Under the pieces are notes generated by a model. It saw nothing but the letters and a program-made list of their open reading frames with translations. It did not search any database and was not told the origin of the DNA. A stretch of 64,000 bases of DNA, taken from assembly GCA_047967505.1 (NCBI GenBank), contig CM106538.1; one strand, written 5' to 3'. Positions within the stretch are counted from its first letter, which is position 1; the number at the start of each line of letters is the position of its first letter. The translations under genes were made by a program, and so were the position numbers. Positions 1 to 12,623 of the stretch are shown here, one piece after another. The DNA comes from Dipteris shenzhenensis. Its lineage: Eukaryota.

Positions 1-117
1 TAGAGTTGGAAAAAATTTTACTCTCCTTGCCCTTGAGTGGTATGTACATGAAAATTCGTAGTAGTTTTTCTTTTACACATACCTACGTATGTTTACTCAT
101 TTCTTGAGGCACTAGTC

Positions 118-139
118 TCCCCGATAGTGGCACCAAATG
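118..139 (-). promoter_or_regulatory. PBS-like site of a degraded LTR retrotransposon
   Basis: Minus strand reads ...GCCAACA-TT-TGGTGCCACTATCGGGGA: a CA LTR end, short T spacer and TGG-starting PBS, as in Athila-like Gypsy elements. No partner LTR found. Confidence 0.35.
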
Positions 140-399
140 TTGGCTCTTTCCCATAGCTTCTACAAGAAGAGTAGGGTATTCTCAGTATGCAGGGTTCCAA
201 GGCTTTTTGTCACCTACAGATATATCATGGTTGTTGTTTGTAGTATACGTGTATCTTAGGACCTTGAGTCCTATTTCGGTGAAAGACATAGGCTTAAGTG
301 TGGTAAGCAAACATAGTGCATGCATGTGTAAAAGGAATGTGTATCATCATGGTTGAGGTAATGAAGGCTTTTGCCTTCATTGGGGGTTGTAGGGTTTAG

Positions 400-575
400 G
401 AGGAGTTTAAGGGTTAGAAGGGGGTTCCAAGGTTCAGAAGGAGGTTCCAAGGTTTAAAAGGAGGTTCAAGGCTTAGAAGGAGGCTCAAGGCTTAGAGAGA
501 TATTCCAAGGTTTAGAGAGGGGTTCCAGAGTTTAGAAGAGGTTCCAGGGCTAGAAGGAGGATCCAAGGTTCAGGG
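400..575. repeat. ~20-bp degenerate tandem repeat (GGTTCCAAGGTTTAGAAGGA-like)
   Basis: About 8 imperfect units visible. Confidence 0.75.
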
Positions 576-689
576 TAGAGGACATGGTGGAGAACTCGTC
601 TCCCTTATAGATCATGGAGATTAAGGGTTGAGGAACTAAGGGTTTGGGGGGAGCATAGGAGTGGGAGAGGAAGAAGGTGTAAGAGCAGG

Positions 690-845
690 GGGAAAGAAGA
701 GGGAGGAGGAGGAGGAGGAGGGAGGAGGAGAAGGTAGGAGGAGGGAGGAGGAGGAGGAGGAGGAGGAGGAGGAGGAGGGAGGAGGAGAAGGGAGGAGGAG
801 AGGGAGAGGATGGTTTGCAAGGTTGAGGAGAGGGGAGGAGGAGCT
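690..845. repeat. (GGA)n-rich microsatellite
   Basis: Direct reading; it explains the poly-E and poly-P ORFs. Confidence 0.9.
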
Positions 846-1034
846 ATAAGGTTAGGACATGCTTTTGGATGTGGAGTGCAAGGAAGCATGGACACTTGAG
901 ACAATTGCTTGGAATACCAAAGTAGAACTCAAGACAATGCCCCAAAGAGTGTGGGCTTCATTCCATTATGGGGTATTTATACAAGTTGGAGAGCTTCTCT
1001 CTCTGCATGTAGGAATTGTAAGAAGTTCTCTCTC

Positions 1035-1385
1035 TACATGTAGAACTTGCATATAGAAGTTGCATGTAGAAGTTGCAAGCTGCATGTAGGAGTTGCATGT
1101 AGAACATGCATGTAGAACTCACATGTAGGAGTTGCATGTAGAACATGCATTTAGGAGTTGAATGTAGAACATGCATCTAGGAGTTGCATGTAGAACATGC
1201 ATGTAGAACTCACATATAGGAGTTGCATGTAGGAGTTGCATGTAGAACATGCATGGAGAACTTTCATGTAGAACTCACATGTAGAAGTTGCATGTAGAAC
1301 TCACATGTAGGAGTTGCATGTAGAACTCGCATGTAGGAGTTGCATGTAGGAATCATATGTAGAACTTGCATGTAGAACATGCAAG
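1035..1385. repeat. ~14-bp tandem repeat array (CATGTAGGAGTTG / CATGTAGAAC variants)
   Basis: More than 20 recurring CATGTAG cores. Confidence 0.85.
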
Positions 1386-2194
1386 TTGGATTTCTAAGAG
1401 GGATTATTTCTAGCCTTATGCAAGTACAAGCGGAGCTGGCTACTCTACACACACATTCTGTACTACCTAAGTCCATGTTGGCACAGAGACAATAGTTGGT
1501 GTATGGTAAAGAGCACCAAGGAGATCACAAAGTGGTAGTGTGCACATGCACTAGCTAAATTGATGGACCCACACACTTCTCCTAAATAAGGCACAACATT
1601 GATGAGGAACAAGATGTTGATACTATTATTGTGCTATTGTTGCCAATGCTAAAACAATGTACTTTAACTAATGTTGTGGGACTAGAGCCAAGGTGAGAGT
1701 GAGAGTTAGTGAGCACTTTTACCACTTGTATACACAAAGCACTATTGTACACATACATAGATAAAAATTGTTGTAATGGGCTACAACAACCCTCTTGGAT
1801 AATACAAGTTTGTGTTTCCACCTACTCTCCCTCCCTCTGGATTTTGTCACATGGTCATTTTACCCATCTCCATCTGGCTATATCCACATTACAGCAACCC
1901 GGGTTTTAGTAGATGCTCATTTCCCCCGCAACTAAGCACTACATTGGGACAACAAAGGAGTTCAAGAGAGGGCATCTTGATGAGAGCATGCACAATCTAA
2001 GCATCTAGATTCTAGTCAATCAAGGAGGAAAAAAAGACCACCAATATTTTTGGCAATTCTACTAGCCTAGAATGGTCTATGCTAGCTATGTCAATGAAGC
2101 GAAATGGGAGCAAGTAGTGCAAATTGAGCAAATTTTGGCATGAAGGTTGAAGATAATAACCAAGCTCAAAAGGGCAAGAGAAATATAAGTTCAG

Positions 2195-2540
2195 CAAATC
2201 AAATTACAAAGATACAAGGGATGAGAGGGTGAGAATAATCCTTATTCTAGCTTGAAATTTTTTATGCAAATAGTACTGTTCTGTAATAATGAAATATGGA
2301 GGAAGAGTACTTGATGTAGTTGTGTACCACATTCAAAAGATAAAGTGGTTTGACAAGTATCAAGATGGTCATTTCACAATATAAGTCTTCCTGAAAAGGT
2401 TTCAACATGAGTTCAAAGAGGCAAACATGATGCTAAAGCTCAACTAGATCAAGCCAAAATCTAGGGAATTGGTGTACAACTTTACATCTAGAATGAGGGT
2501 GCTGCTATCCAATAATTAACCAACAATCAAGAAAAAAAGG
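2195..2540 (+). pseudogene. Degenerate Ty3/Gypsy gag fragment, cut by the CACTA end at 2547
   Basis: Manual translation KLQRYKG*EGENNPYSSLKFF...IKWFDKYQDGHFTI*VFLKRFQHEFKEANMMLKLN*IKPKSRELVYNFTSRMRVLL resembles retrotransposon gag; several stops. Confidence 0.5.
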
Positions 2541-2546
2541 CATTGC

Positions 2547-2600
2547 CACTACAAGGCATAGGCCCTTTTTCGACGAAAATACCGACGCTTTATACATTAA
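2547..2600 (+). repeat. CACTA terminal inverted repeat (54 bp)
   Basis: Reverse complement of 15588-15641 with 4 mismatches. Confidence 0.95.
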
Positions 2601-2659
2601 TTTTTTTTTTTCACGGGTGCAAACATCGTTATAAAAGTCACTAAAAGTGTCGGAAAAGA

Positions 2660-2760
2660 ACTGTCGCTATATAGCGACACTGTTAAATGTCACTATATAG
2701 CGACACTGATAATCGTCGCTATATAGTGACATTGGTAAACGTCGCTATATAGCAACGATT
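2660..2760. repeat. Subterminal palindromic repeats GTCGCTATATAGCGAC
   Basis: About 4-5 copies of the 16-bp palindrome. The same motif clusters at 7569-7770, 8730-8820, 8950-9065, 11283-11362 and 18101-18201. Confidence 0.9.
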
Positions 2761-3063
2761 AACAGAAGTTAAAAAAAGCATTAGTGGGGCTAAACAGGGC
2801 CATAGCAAGCCCTATTTTGCCCCACTAATGCTTTTTTTTTTTAAATTACAAAAAAAGTTTTTTATTACAAAATTTCCCTTGTGAAAAGGGTGATATAAAA
2901 TCGCTCAAATGAAATGATCAAGCAACAAAAGGATATACATGTCGAACATATACAACATTGTTTGTTACAAAATTACCCTTTTGAAAAGGCTGATACAAAA
3001 TTGCTCAAACGAGCGACGAGTGGATATACAAAATGACATACATGGCGAAGTATATGCAAACTG

Positions 3064-3090
<27 letters not shown>

Positions 3091-3098
<8 letters not shown>

Positions 3099-4665
3099 TC
3101 GAATCTTCCTTGTCCTCCTCGTCATCTTGTTAGCCTGATCCTTGGTCCACTTGAGCTACACCTTCTCCCTGATCCTCGTCTTTTTGGCCTGATGATCCCT
3201 GGCCCTGCTGATTGCTCGCCTCTATTGATGGGACGCTGGAGCTTGCACCCTAAGAGTGAACCATATAAATTGAAAATTAGATTGGAACTTAAAGAATAAA
3301 ACAATTTAAAAAGTGAGATTACAAGTAGGAGTAGACTTATACCGTGCGAGCAGCCACCTCAACCCAATCGACCGTCGCTCCCATTGCCTCTTGCTAAATA
3401 AACCATGGTTTTGTTCCTATGCGAAATGCACATCACGTCTCTGCATCTGTAGGAGGACAACCCATTGTAGCTTTCTTTGGATCCAATTTATGAGAGTTAG
3501 AGTTAGATAAAGTGCATATAATATGTAGTAAAACAAATAGAACAATACATTAAATGAGAAGAAGTAGACTTACCATGGTTGCCTCGAACGCCAACTGTCT
3601 GCCTCCACCAAAGTGTGAAGTACCTATGATGTCCAACCATCTCTTCGCAGCCCTCCTTTGACCCTCGAACATTTTGGGATGGTTCCTATTCTGCTTCTTG
3701 AAGAACTTCAAATCAGCTTTGTCTACCCAGCTGGGTTTATCAAACCCCTTTGTGATGGAAGTATGCAAGGTTGATCTACGATGCTTCAAGACCAAACCCC
3801 TTGCACTCTCGCATATAATCCTCATTAAACTCCCAATTTGGTGGGTTATGGTATTTTTGTTTTCATTCATCGATGACCGCCTGCTTCTTTTGGTCATCTT
3901 GATACAACCAATCGGTAGCAATGCCGCTCTGGAAGTGATGGCTCATCAACCTCCTCATGGTGGCCATCACTGCTTTGCCCTTTCTTCTATTATCTCTTTG
4001 GCATCTGTGATTTGATAGGAGAGGTCCTCCTCTAGGTAAGGAGGACTAATGGTAGCGGCAGAGTCAGAGTGAGTGGAAGCTATGCAAGTGCTTCCGGAGT
4101 GAGGAGTGGTAGTGGGAGTAGGAGAGGGCAAGGGACCTGATTGATACTATGTCTCCGGACCAAGTGGAGACCTGTAGGGATGTGAGTGTGCTAACTCGTC
4201 TACATCTCTTGAGTCAGCACAACATAAGCGGTCCCTCCTACTCTTCCTTCCCTTATAAGAGGCACGCGCAAGTGATGACCCCTCGGTCGAAGGGGCATGA
4301 GGGGACGAATGGGTAGTAGGTCCTCCCATCGATGTAGGGGAGGGAATTGCTGAGGTCCTCTGAGATAGCAGAAAGAAGAATCTCGCTGCCTCCTCATCGG
4401 TCATCTGTGCTACAAACTCATCATCGGGACTCCTAACAAAGCCATGCATGGCTAGCAAAGGAGTTCCCCGAGAGGTTGTCGTAGTGCTACATCCGAGAGG
4501 AGTCGGACCAGTGGTAGTCGCAGTGCTAGGTCCGAGAGGAGTCGGACCAGGGGTAGTCCCCACAGGTGTTGCCTGAGAGGAATCAAAGTTCTCTGGAGCA
4601 TATAGATCATGATGTCTCCTCCTGCGATGCTTTCCATACTCGTCAGACATGCGACGTGATCCCAT
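3091..4665 (-). pseudogene. TnpA-like (Ptta/EnSpm-type) accessory gene of CACTA copy A, multi-exon, disrupted
   Basis: MGSRRMSDEYG... with a Ser/Pro/Thr-rich N-terminus, then KGKAVMA-MRRLMSHHF, GTSHFGGG and an acidic QDDEED tail. Premature TAG at 4147, where copy C has CAG. Homologous to 46305-47779. Confidence 0.7.
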
Positions 4666-4754
4666 GTCTAACATAGACACAAATATGAAAACAAAAACCA
4701 AAAAACAAACATAAGCATAGGAAAAGAGGAAGAAGAGGGAAAGGAAAAGAGATT

Positions 4755-6900
4755 GGAAGAGCATGAGCATGAAAGAGGGAAAAGAGGAGGGGAAAGAGGA
4801 GAAGAGAGAAGAAGAGGGAAAGGAAAGAGAGATTGGAAAAGGGGAAAGAGAGAAAGAAAGAGAGAAGAAGAGGAAAAGGAAAGAGGGAAAAAGAGACATA
4901 TGCTCATGCTTATGCATGAGCATATGTCTCCTTCTTTTATGCACATGCTTATGCTTATGCTAATGCATGAGCATAAGAGCATGAGCATGAAAGAGGGAAA
5001 AGAGGGGGGGAAAGAGGAGAAGAGAAAAGAAGAGGGAAAGGAAAGAGAGATTGGAAAAGGGAAAAGAGGGAAAGAAAGAGAGAAGAAGAGGAAAGAGAAA
5101 GAGGGAAAAAGAGACATATGCTCATGCTTGTGCATGAGCATATGTCTCCTTCTCTTATGCTCATGCATAAGCATAAGCATGAGCTTATGTCTCCTTCTCT
5201 TATGCTTATGCTTATGCTTATACATAAGAGGAGTCTTATGCATAAGCATAAGCATATGCTCACGCTTATGCATGAGCATAAGAGCATGAGCATGAAAGAG
5301 GAAAAAGAGGAGGGGAAAGAGGAGAAGAGAGAAGAAGAGGGAAAGGAAAGAGAGATTGGAAAAGGGGAAAGAGGGAAAGAAAGAGAGAAGAAGAGGAAAA
5401 GGAAAGAGGGAAAAAGAGACATATGCTCATGCTTGTGCATGAGCATATGTCTCCTTTTCTTATGCTCATGCATAAGCATAAGCATGAGCATATGTCTCCT
5501 TCTCTTATGCTTATGCTTATGCTTATGCCTATGCATAAGAGTAGTCTTATGCATAAGCATAAGCATATGCTCATGCTTATGCATGAGCATAAGAGCATGA
5601 GCATGAAAGAGGGAAAAGTGGAGGGGAAAGAGGAGAAGAGAGAAGAAGAGGGAAAGGAAAGAGAGATTGGAAAAGGGGAAAGAGGGAAAGAAAGAGAGAA
5701 GAAGAGGAAAAGGAAAGAGGGAAAAGGAGACATATGCTCATGCTTATGCATGAGCATATGTCTCCTTCTTTTATGATCATGCTTATGCTTATGCTTATGC
5801 ATGAGCATAAGAGCATGAGCATGAAAGAGGGAAAAGAGGGGGGGAAAGAGGAGAAGAGAGAAAAAGAGGGAAAAGAAAGAGAGATTGGAAAAAGGGAAAG
5901 AGGGAAAGAAAGAGAGAAGAAGAGGGAAAGGAAAGAGGAAAAAAGAGACATATGCTCATGCTTGTGCATGAGTATATGTCTCCTTCTCTTCTGCTCATGC
6001 AGAAGCATAAGCATGAGCATATGTCTCCTTCTCTTATGCTTATGCTTATGCTTATGCATGAGCATAAGAGCATGAGCATGAAAGAGGGAAAAGAGGAGGG
6101 GAAAGAGTAGAAGAGAGAAGAAGAGGGAAAGGAAAGAGAGATTGGAAAAGGGGAAAGAGGGAAAAAAAGAGAGAAGAGGAAAATGAAAGAGGGAAAAATA
6201 CATATGCTCATGCTTGTCTCCTTCTCTTATGCTCATGCATATGTCTCCTTCTCTTATGCTCATGCATAAGCATAAGCATGAGAATATCTCTCCTTCTCTT
6301 ATGCTTATGCATAAGAGGAGTCTTATGCATAAGCATAAGCATATGCTCATGCCTATGCATGAGCATAAGAGCATGAGCATGAAAGAGGGAAAAGAGGAGG
6401 GGAAAGAGGAGAAGAGAGAAGAAGAGGGAAAGGAAAGAGAGATTGGAAAAGGGGAAAGAGGGAAAGAAAGAGAGAAGAAGAGGAAAATGAAAGAGAGAAA
6501 AAGAGGCATATGCTCATGCTTGTGCATGAGCATATGTCTCCTTCTCTTATGCTCATGCATAAGCATAAGCATGAGCATATGTCTCCTTATCTTATCCTTA
6601 TGCTTATGCATAAGAGGAGTCTTATGCATAAGCATAAGCATATGCTCATGCTTATGCATGAGCATAAGAGCATGAGCATGAAAGAGGAAAAAGAGGAGGG
6701 GAAAGAGGAGAAGAGAGAAGAAGAGGGAAAGGAAAGAGAGATTGGAAAAGGGGAAAGAGGGAAAGAAAGAGAGAAGAAGAGAAAAAGGAAAGAGGGAAAA
6801 AGAGACATATGCTCATGCTTATGCATGAGCATATGTCTCCTTCTTTTATGCTCATGCTTATGCTTATGCTTATGCATGAGCATAAGAGCATGAGCATGAA
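4755..6900. repeat. Tandem ~220-310-bp units: GA-rich block plus GCATAA/GCATGA/GCTTAT/GCTCAT hexamer block
   Basis: GAGCATAAGAGCATGAGCATGAAAGAGG recurs about 8 times. Lies upstream of the TnpA-like ATG, between it and a minus-strand donor near 7140. Confidence 0.9.
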
Positions 6901-7568
6901 AGAGGGAAAAGAGGGGGGGAAAGAGGAGAAGAAGAGGGAAATGAAAGAGGAAAAAAGAGGAGGAAAGAGATTGAAAGATTTAAGGAGAAGGAGAAGGAGA
7001 GGAGGGAAAGAAGAGGAGAGAAGAGGAAAGAAGAGGGAAGAGAGGGGAAGAGAGGGTTCCTACACCCATCACTGCAGCTAGCGCTTAAGGCCAATGCAAA
7101 TAAAAAAAATAACAAATGGAAAAAAGAGGAAGCACTTACCTGGAATAGTAGGTCCCACTCAGTGTTTTGTAGACTAGCCCTACAAAAGGGAGGAGTCTTC
7201 TTTCTTTCTTGAAATCTCGTTTTTTGTTTCAATCCTTTGAAATCAAGCATGAAAACTCGTAATCAAGCATCAAAACTAGTAAGCAGCTTTAGCAATAGAA
7301 GGAGAAGCACTCACAAAACGAAATCTCACAAAAAACCTACCTACATTGTTCAAAGAGACTCACCTCTTCAAAAACTTCCTTTCAAGAAACCAAAGAGGGA
7401 GAAGGGTGGAAGGGGAGCACAAGAGCTAGGAGAGGGGTGAGGAGTGGAGAATAGAGTGGGAGGTCATCGGAAATAGGTGGGAGGAGAGTTGCTTTGCTTA
7501 CAATAGAGATTAGAGAGTGCTAAAGAAAGCGCTGCGCATCGCGATGGGTTTCAATTTTAACCCGCAGC

Positions 7569-7770
7569 GTCGCTATATAGCGACGCTTTTTCATCGCTAT
7601 ATAGTGACACTAAAGAGTCGCTATATAGCGACCTTTAACACTAAACCCTAAACCCTAAAAGTTGCTATATAGCGACCTTTAACCCTAAAAGTCGCTATAT
7701 AGCGACCCTTAACCCTAAAAGTTGCTATATAGCGACTTTTAACCCTAACTATCACTATATAGTGACACTT
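7569..7770. repeat. Internal GTCGCTATATAGCGAC cluster interspersed with AACCCTAAA telomere-like motifs
   Basis: Direct reading; lies between the divergent TnpA-like and TnpD genes. Confidence 0.9.
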
Positions 7771-7895
7771 ATATCTTACAAGTGTCAGTTCAAGGCACTT
7801 GATCTAAGAAGAGAGGGAAGGAGGTCATGGGTGGCTATTTTCTGGATCTTAATGGATTTCCTTGCATTTTGTGTTGTGACTTTAGAGGTGTGCAG

Positions 7896-8525
7896 ATGGA
7901 AGGGACGAGTGAAAGCTTGTCAGATGATGCGCCAATGCTCAGGAGTGTAGAGTGGCTTACGGAGAGGTTGTATTCTCATTGCACTCATTGCAAGTGAGAA
8001 ATATGACATCAACACTGTATTGTCATGTGTCACTTGAGGATGTATGTGGAGGAGCCCAAACCAATACCCACCGTTGGTGGTGCACATGGTGATGGATCAT
8101 CGAAAAGTCATTGCTATTTGAGTTCGTGATTAATATTGCATGCGTACACGACATGAAATCTTGAGACATGATGAGGAGGGTGGTGTGCGTATACCTTCAC
8201 ACTACCAATGTGGATATGAAGATAGAGATCATGTGGATATATATGGAGATGCCACTACCAGTGCCGGATTGATCCAGATGGATTTAGAGAAGAAGATGAA
8301 GATCACAATATGAGCCAAGAGGAAGATGTGCATAATGACATCATATGGGAGGAAGATGGAGATCACGATATTGAGGAAGAAGATGATGATCATCAAGAAT
8401 CACCCGACTTTATTGAAGAAGATGATCAAGTCTACGGTGAACGTACGATGATGATATAGGAGATCAACTCAGTATAGAGTTGGAGATAGACTTGTTTGGC
8501 ATACTAGACTTGGCTCAGGATGAAG
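7896..8525 (+). pseudogene. TnpD transposase remnant of copy A (first exons fused to the acidic C-terminus)
   Basis: The 5' part matches 18306-18640 and the 3' part matches ~21960-22290, so about 3.3 kb of the core is deleted. Confidence 0.8.
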
Positions 8526-8949
8526 CCAAGTCTCAAACGTAGACATGAATATATGAGCTTCGAACTTGATGTACATGCTATTGTACTTTTATTCTTTCAA
8601 AGAATCATGTACATGCTCTCATATTTTTATTCTCTATGAGATCAAACATGTATGAAAATTTAAAAAAATTTGTCATTGGAAAAAACTAACTTTTAAGGCC
8701 TATATGAGTAAAAAACATCTCTGGAAAACATCGCTATAAAATAGTATCCCAGTGTTGCTATATAGCGACACTTAAAAGTCGCTATATAGTAACCTTTATA
8801 ATCATCGCTATATAGCGGCGTTAATCATGACATATGGGAGTTCAAAAACCCAATCACTACTACACACGGATCCTATTGTGATGTTTAAGTACCAACGTCT
8901 AGTGCGCACGGGGCACTAATCATCGGTATGGGAAGCACGTCCCGTAAAG

Positions 8950-11900
8950 CATCGCTATATAGCGACTTTAAGCAAAGGTCGCTATATAGTGATAATTTCT
9001 AAAGTCGCTATATAGCGACGTTTATCAAAAATGTCACTAGGATACTATTTTATAGCAACGTTTTCTAGAGAGCTTTTTTAAATTTCATACATGTTTGACC
9101 TTTTGAGGGAATAAAAGTATGAGAGCATGTACATCAAGTCTTTGAAGCTCATATATTCATGTCCAGGTTTGAGATGAAAAAATTCAATGAAGAGCATTTA
9201 CATCAACTGTTTCATCTTGAGCCAAGTCTAGCACGCCAAACAAGTCTATCTCTAACTCTATACCGAGTTGATCTCCTATATCATCATCATACTCTAGCAT
9301 CGTACGTTCACCTAAAAGTGCTTGATCATCTTCTTCAATAAAGTGTGGTGATTCTTGATGATCATTGTCTTCTTCCTCAATATCGTGATCTCCATCTTCC
9401 TCCCGTGCGATGTCACTCCAAGCCTGAATCCAATCACTTGCCTTCAAATATGATGGTGGTGGATCAAACTGACCTCCACGTGTGAGATGGTTGAGCGGAA
9501 GGTATCGAGCATGACCTTCATAAACATTTTTCCTCATATGTTTGGAGTATCATGCAAGCGATTGCAAACCCAGTCCATAAAGAGGACAAGCATGGTACCC
9601 ACTTGTAACAAGTCCTACACGCGTGCATGAATGTGTTAGTATAAGACATGCGTGCGAAAGAGAGTCATAAAAGCATAATCCTATATTATACTTGTAGAGA
9701 TATAACACGTACCTACGCACTCTCCATATCCTGGGTAGTCATGCATGGTCCACATCAAGATACCCCTGACCAAAATATCATTGGTATGTCTAGGAGCTCT
9801 GGAAATATCAAAGACCTGCACTCCTCTCCATAATATCTGTAACTTCTCTATCAAAGGTGCCATGTACACGTCCATATTTTTTGCCTTGTACTTCCCTGGC
9901 ACAAGTAGTGCAAGCATGAGGTGTCCCTTTTTTATTGTTAGCCATGGTGGGATATTGTAATTCAGCATGACTATGGGCCATGTCGACCAAGATGTCGAGC
10001 GTAATCCGAAAGGATTCACACCGTCCATGGCGAGCCCAAGATGAAAGTTACATGGCTCCCTCGCAAAGTCCGGCCACTGATTGTCTATGTGCTTCCAAGC
10101 TGCACAATCTGCGGGAATCCTCAATGTGTCATTAGTGGACCGATGAGATGCATGCCATGTCATCAACTCCGCTATGGATTTGCATCGAAACATGTGATGT
10201 ATTCTTGCAATGATGGGAAAGTGTCTCAAGCTAGAAGACCTTTACCAGTATCTGCTCACCCTGCAAGTCATCTCTATATCAATGTTCCCCACACTTCGGA
10301 CAACTAGCCAAATCTCAATGGTCATGATGAAAGAGAATACAATCATTACGGCAAGCATGGATGGTATCATAATCCATACCCACCATTGTTAGCATCTTTT
10401 TCGCTTCATCTCTTGATGCGGGCATGGTATTTGGTGTAGGCAACATCTTTTGGAGCAACCTAACACAATTCAAACATACATAGGATTCGAATAATGATGA
10501 TTCGGTACACTAATCCATACATGATGATTCTCATAATAAACAATATCCAAATAATGAGTCAAATTAATGCAAGAGCTAACCTCATTAAGGTCGAGACACT
10601 TGTATCCAACCACCCATACTTTACTTGCAGATTCAAGATTGAGAGACAAGCACGTAGTTTAAACATCCTAGCACCCTTGTACAATTGTGTTGATTGCAAC
10701 TCTCGCATTTTGACCTCAGACTCTGACATCACGTGTACATGGGATGTAGTGCCCCTAAAAATAGAGTCCATCATGTCGACCATACCCTTGTCATCATCCG
10801 GGAGACTATAGTCTTACTCAAAGTGTGAAGGTATATGCGTACCCTCGTCAACCTCCTCATCCTGTTTTAATATTTCATGTAAATATAAGATCTTGTCTCA
10901 AGGTTTCGTACCATAATGGTATCCAATATTAACCATGAACTTAAATAGCTTTAACTTACCGATAATCCATCAACACGTGCAACACCAACGGTGGGTACTA
11001 GTTCGCAGGCTCCTCCCCATACATCCGTAAGTGGCGCATGATAATATGATGTTGATGTCGTACTTCTCGCTTGCAATGAGTGCAATGACAATATAACCTC
11101 TCCATAAGCCACTTTGTGCTCCCGGGCATTGGCGCATCATCGGACGAGCTTCCACTCATCCCTTCCATCTACACTTATAAAATTTATAAAATCACAACAT
11201 AAGTTGCAAGGAAATATATTAACAGTTATAAAATATCATCTATGAGGTTCTTTTTTAACTTTAAACATAAAGTTCCTGAAGCATCACTATATAGTGACGT
11301 TTTGACCTGTTTCGTCACTATATAGCGACGATTTGCTCTGTTCTGTCGCTATATAGCGACACTGTGGTTTAAAACCCAAAGCTTGCGACACGCGGCGCTT
11401 TCTTTAGCAATCTCTATTGTAAGCTACAATCTCTCCTCCCACCTATTTTCGATGACCTCCCACTCTATTCTCCACTCCTCACCACACCTCACCCCTATCG
11501 TAACACTTGCGCTCCCTCTCCACCCCTCCCTCTTTCTTTTCTTGAAAAGAAGTTTTTTAAGAAGGTGAGTCTCTTTGAACAATGTAGGTTCTTTTTTGTG
11601 AGATTTCGTTTCGTGAGTGTTGAAGGATGTTTCCCTTTGTATTGCTAAAGCTATGTGCTAGTTTTCATGCTTGATTTCAAAGGATTGAAGCCAAAAAATG
11701 AGATTTTGTGAAAGAAAGAAGACTCACCTCTTCTAGTCTTTTTTGTATTTCTCTTCCTTCGCTTTCTCCTTGTCTCCTCAATCTAATCTCTTTGAGAAAT
11801 TTCTTCTTTAACTCCTCCTTCCTCTAACTAGTTATTTGAAATAGTATGTTTCCTCTCTTTTGTAGGGCTAGTCCACAAAACACCGAGTGGGACATACTAT

Positions 11901-12616
11901 TCTAGGTAAGAAAGTGCTTCCTCTTTTTTCCTTTTGTTATTTTTGTTATTTGCATTGGCCTGTAGCTAGCGCCTTAAGTGCTAGCTGCAGTGATGGGCGT
12001 AGGAACCCTCTCTTCCCCTCTCTTCCCTCTTCTTTTCCTCTTCTCTCCTCTTCCGTCTCTTCTTTTTTCCTCTTTCTTTTCCCCTCTTTCAATCTCTTTT
12101 CCCCTCTTCTTTTTCCCCCTCTTTCAATCTCTTTTTCCCTCTTCTCTCCTCTTTTGTCTCTTCTTTTTCCTTCTTCCTTTTTCCCTCTTTCAGTCTGTTT
12201 TCCCCTCTTCTTTTTCCCCCTCTTTCAATCTCTTTTTCCCTCCTTTCCTTCTCTTCTTTTTTTCAACTTTCAATCTCTTTTCCCCTCTTCTTTTTTTTCC
12301 CTCTTTAATCTCTTTTTCCCTCCTTTCCTTCTCCTTCTCCTTCAATCTTTCATTCTCTTTCCCCCTCTTTTTTCCTCTTTCCTTTCCCTCTTCTTCTCTC
12401 TTTCCCCCCCCTTTCCCCTCTTCCAATCTCTTTCCCCTCTTTCATGCTCATGCTCTTATGCTCATGCATAAGCATAAGCATAAGCATGAGCATATGTCTC
12501 CTTCTCTTATGCTCATGCATAAGCATAAGCATAAGCATATGTCTCCTTCTCTTATGCTTATGCTAATGCTCATGCTTATGCTTATGCATGAGCATAAGAG
12601 AAGGAGACATATGCTC
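8950..12616 (-). mobile_element. CACTA family 1, copy B (inverted, tail-to-tail with A, truncated)
   Basis: Reverse complement of A/C sequence: terminal repeats, TnpD, internal repeat cluster, promoter region and start of the hexamer array. Confidence 0.85.
9184..11168 (-). pseudogene. TnpD (Transposase_21-type) of copy B with internal deletion
   Basis: RHFPIIARIHHMF...HLGLAMDGVNPF...WPIVMLNYNIPPW...WTMHDYPGYG. DWIQAW is joined directly to the acidic tail, about 2 kb shorter than copy C. Confidence 0.9.
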
Positions 12617-12623
12617 TTTTTCC

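Larger units (their letters stand above)
2547..8820 (+). mobile_element. CACTA/EnSpm family 1, copy A (internally deleted, right TIR not seen)
   Basis: Starts CACTACAAGGCATAGGCC. Contains subterminal palindromic repeats, a TnpA-like gene (-), a deleted TnpD (+) and a terminal repeat cluster at 8730-8820. Confidence 0.85.

Noticed and set aside
3064-3093. (TAC)n giving poly-Tyr/poly-Thr ORFs
   Set aside because: A microsatellite starting at the TnpA-like stop codon (TAG repeats on the minus strand).
4668-7250. Many His/Met/Leu- or Phe/Ser-rich ORFs (MLMHKHKH...), also at 12190-17517
   Set aside because: Translations of hexamer and GA arrays, open in several frames on both strands; no coding evidence.
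7569-7770. Palindromic repeats with short spacers resembling a CRISPR array
   Set aside because: Spacers are short and repetitive, there are no cas genes, and the context is eukaryotic; they are CACTA subterminal-type repeats.
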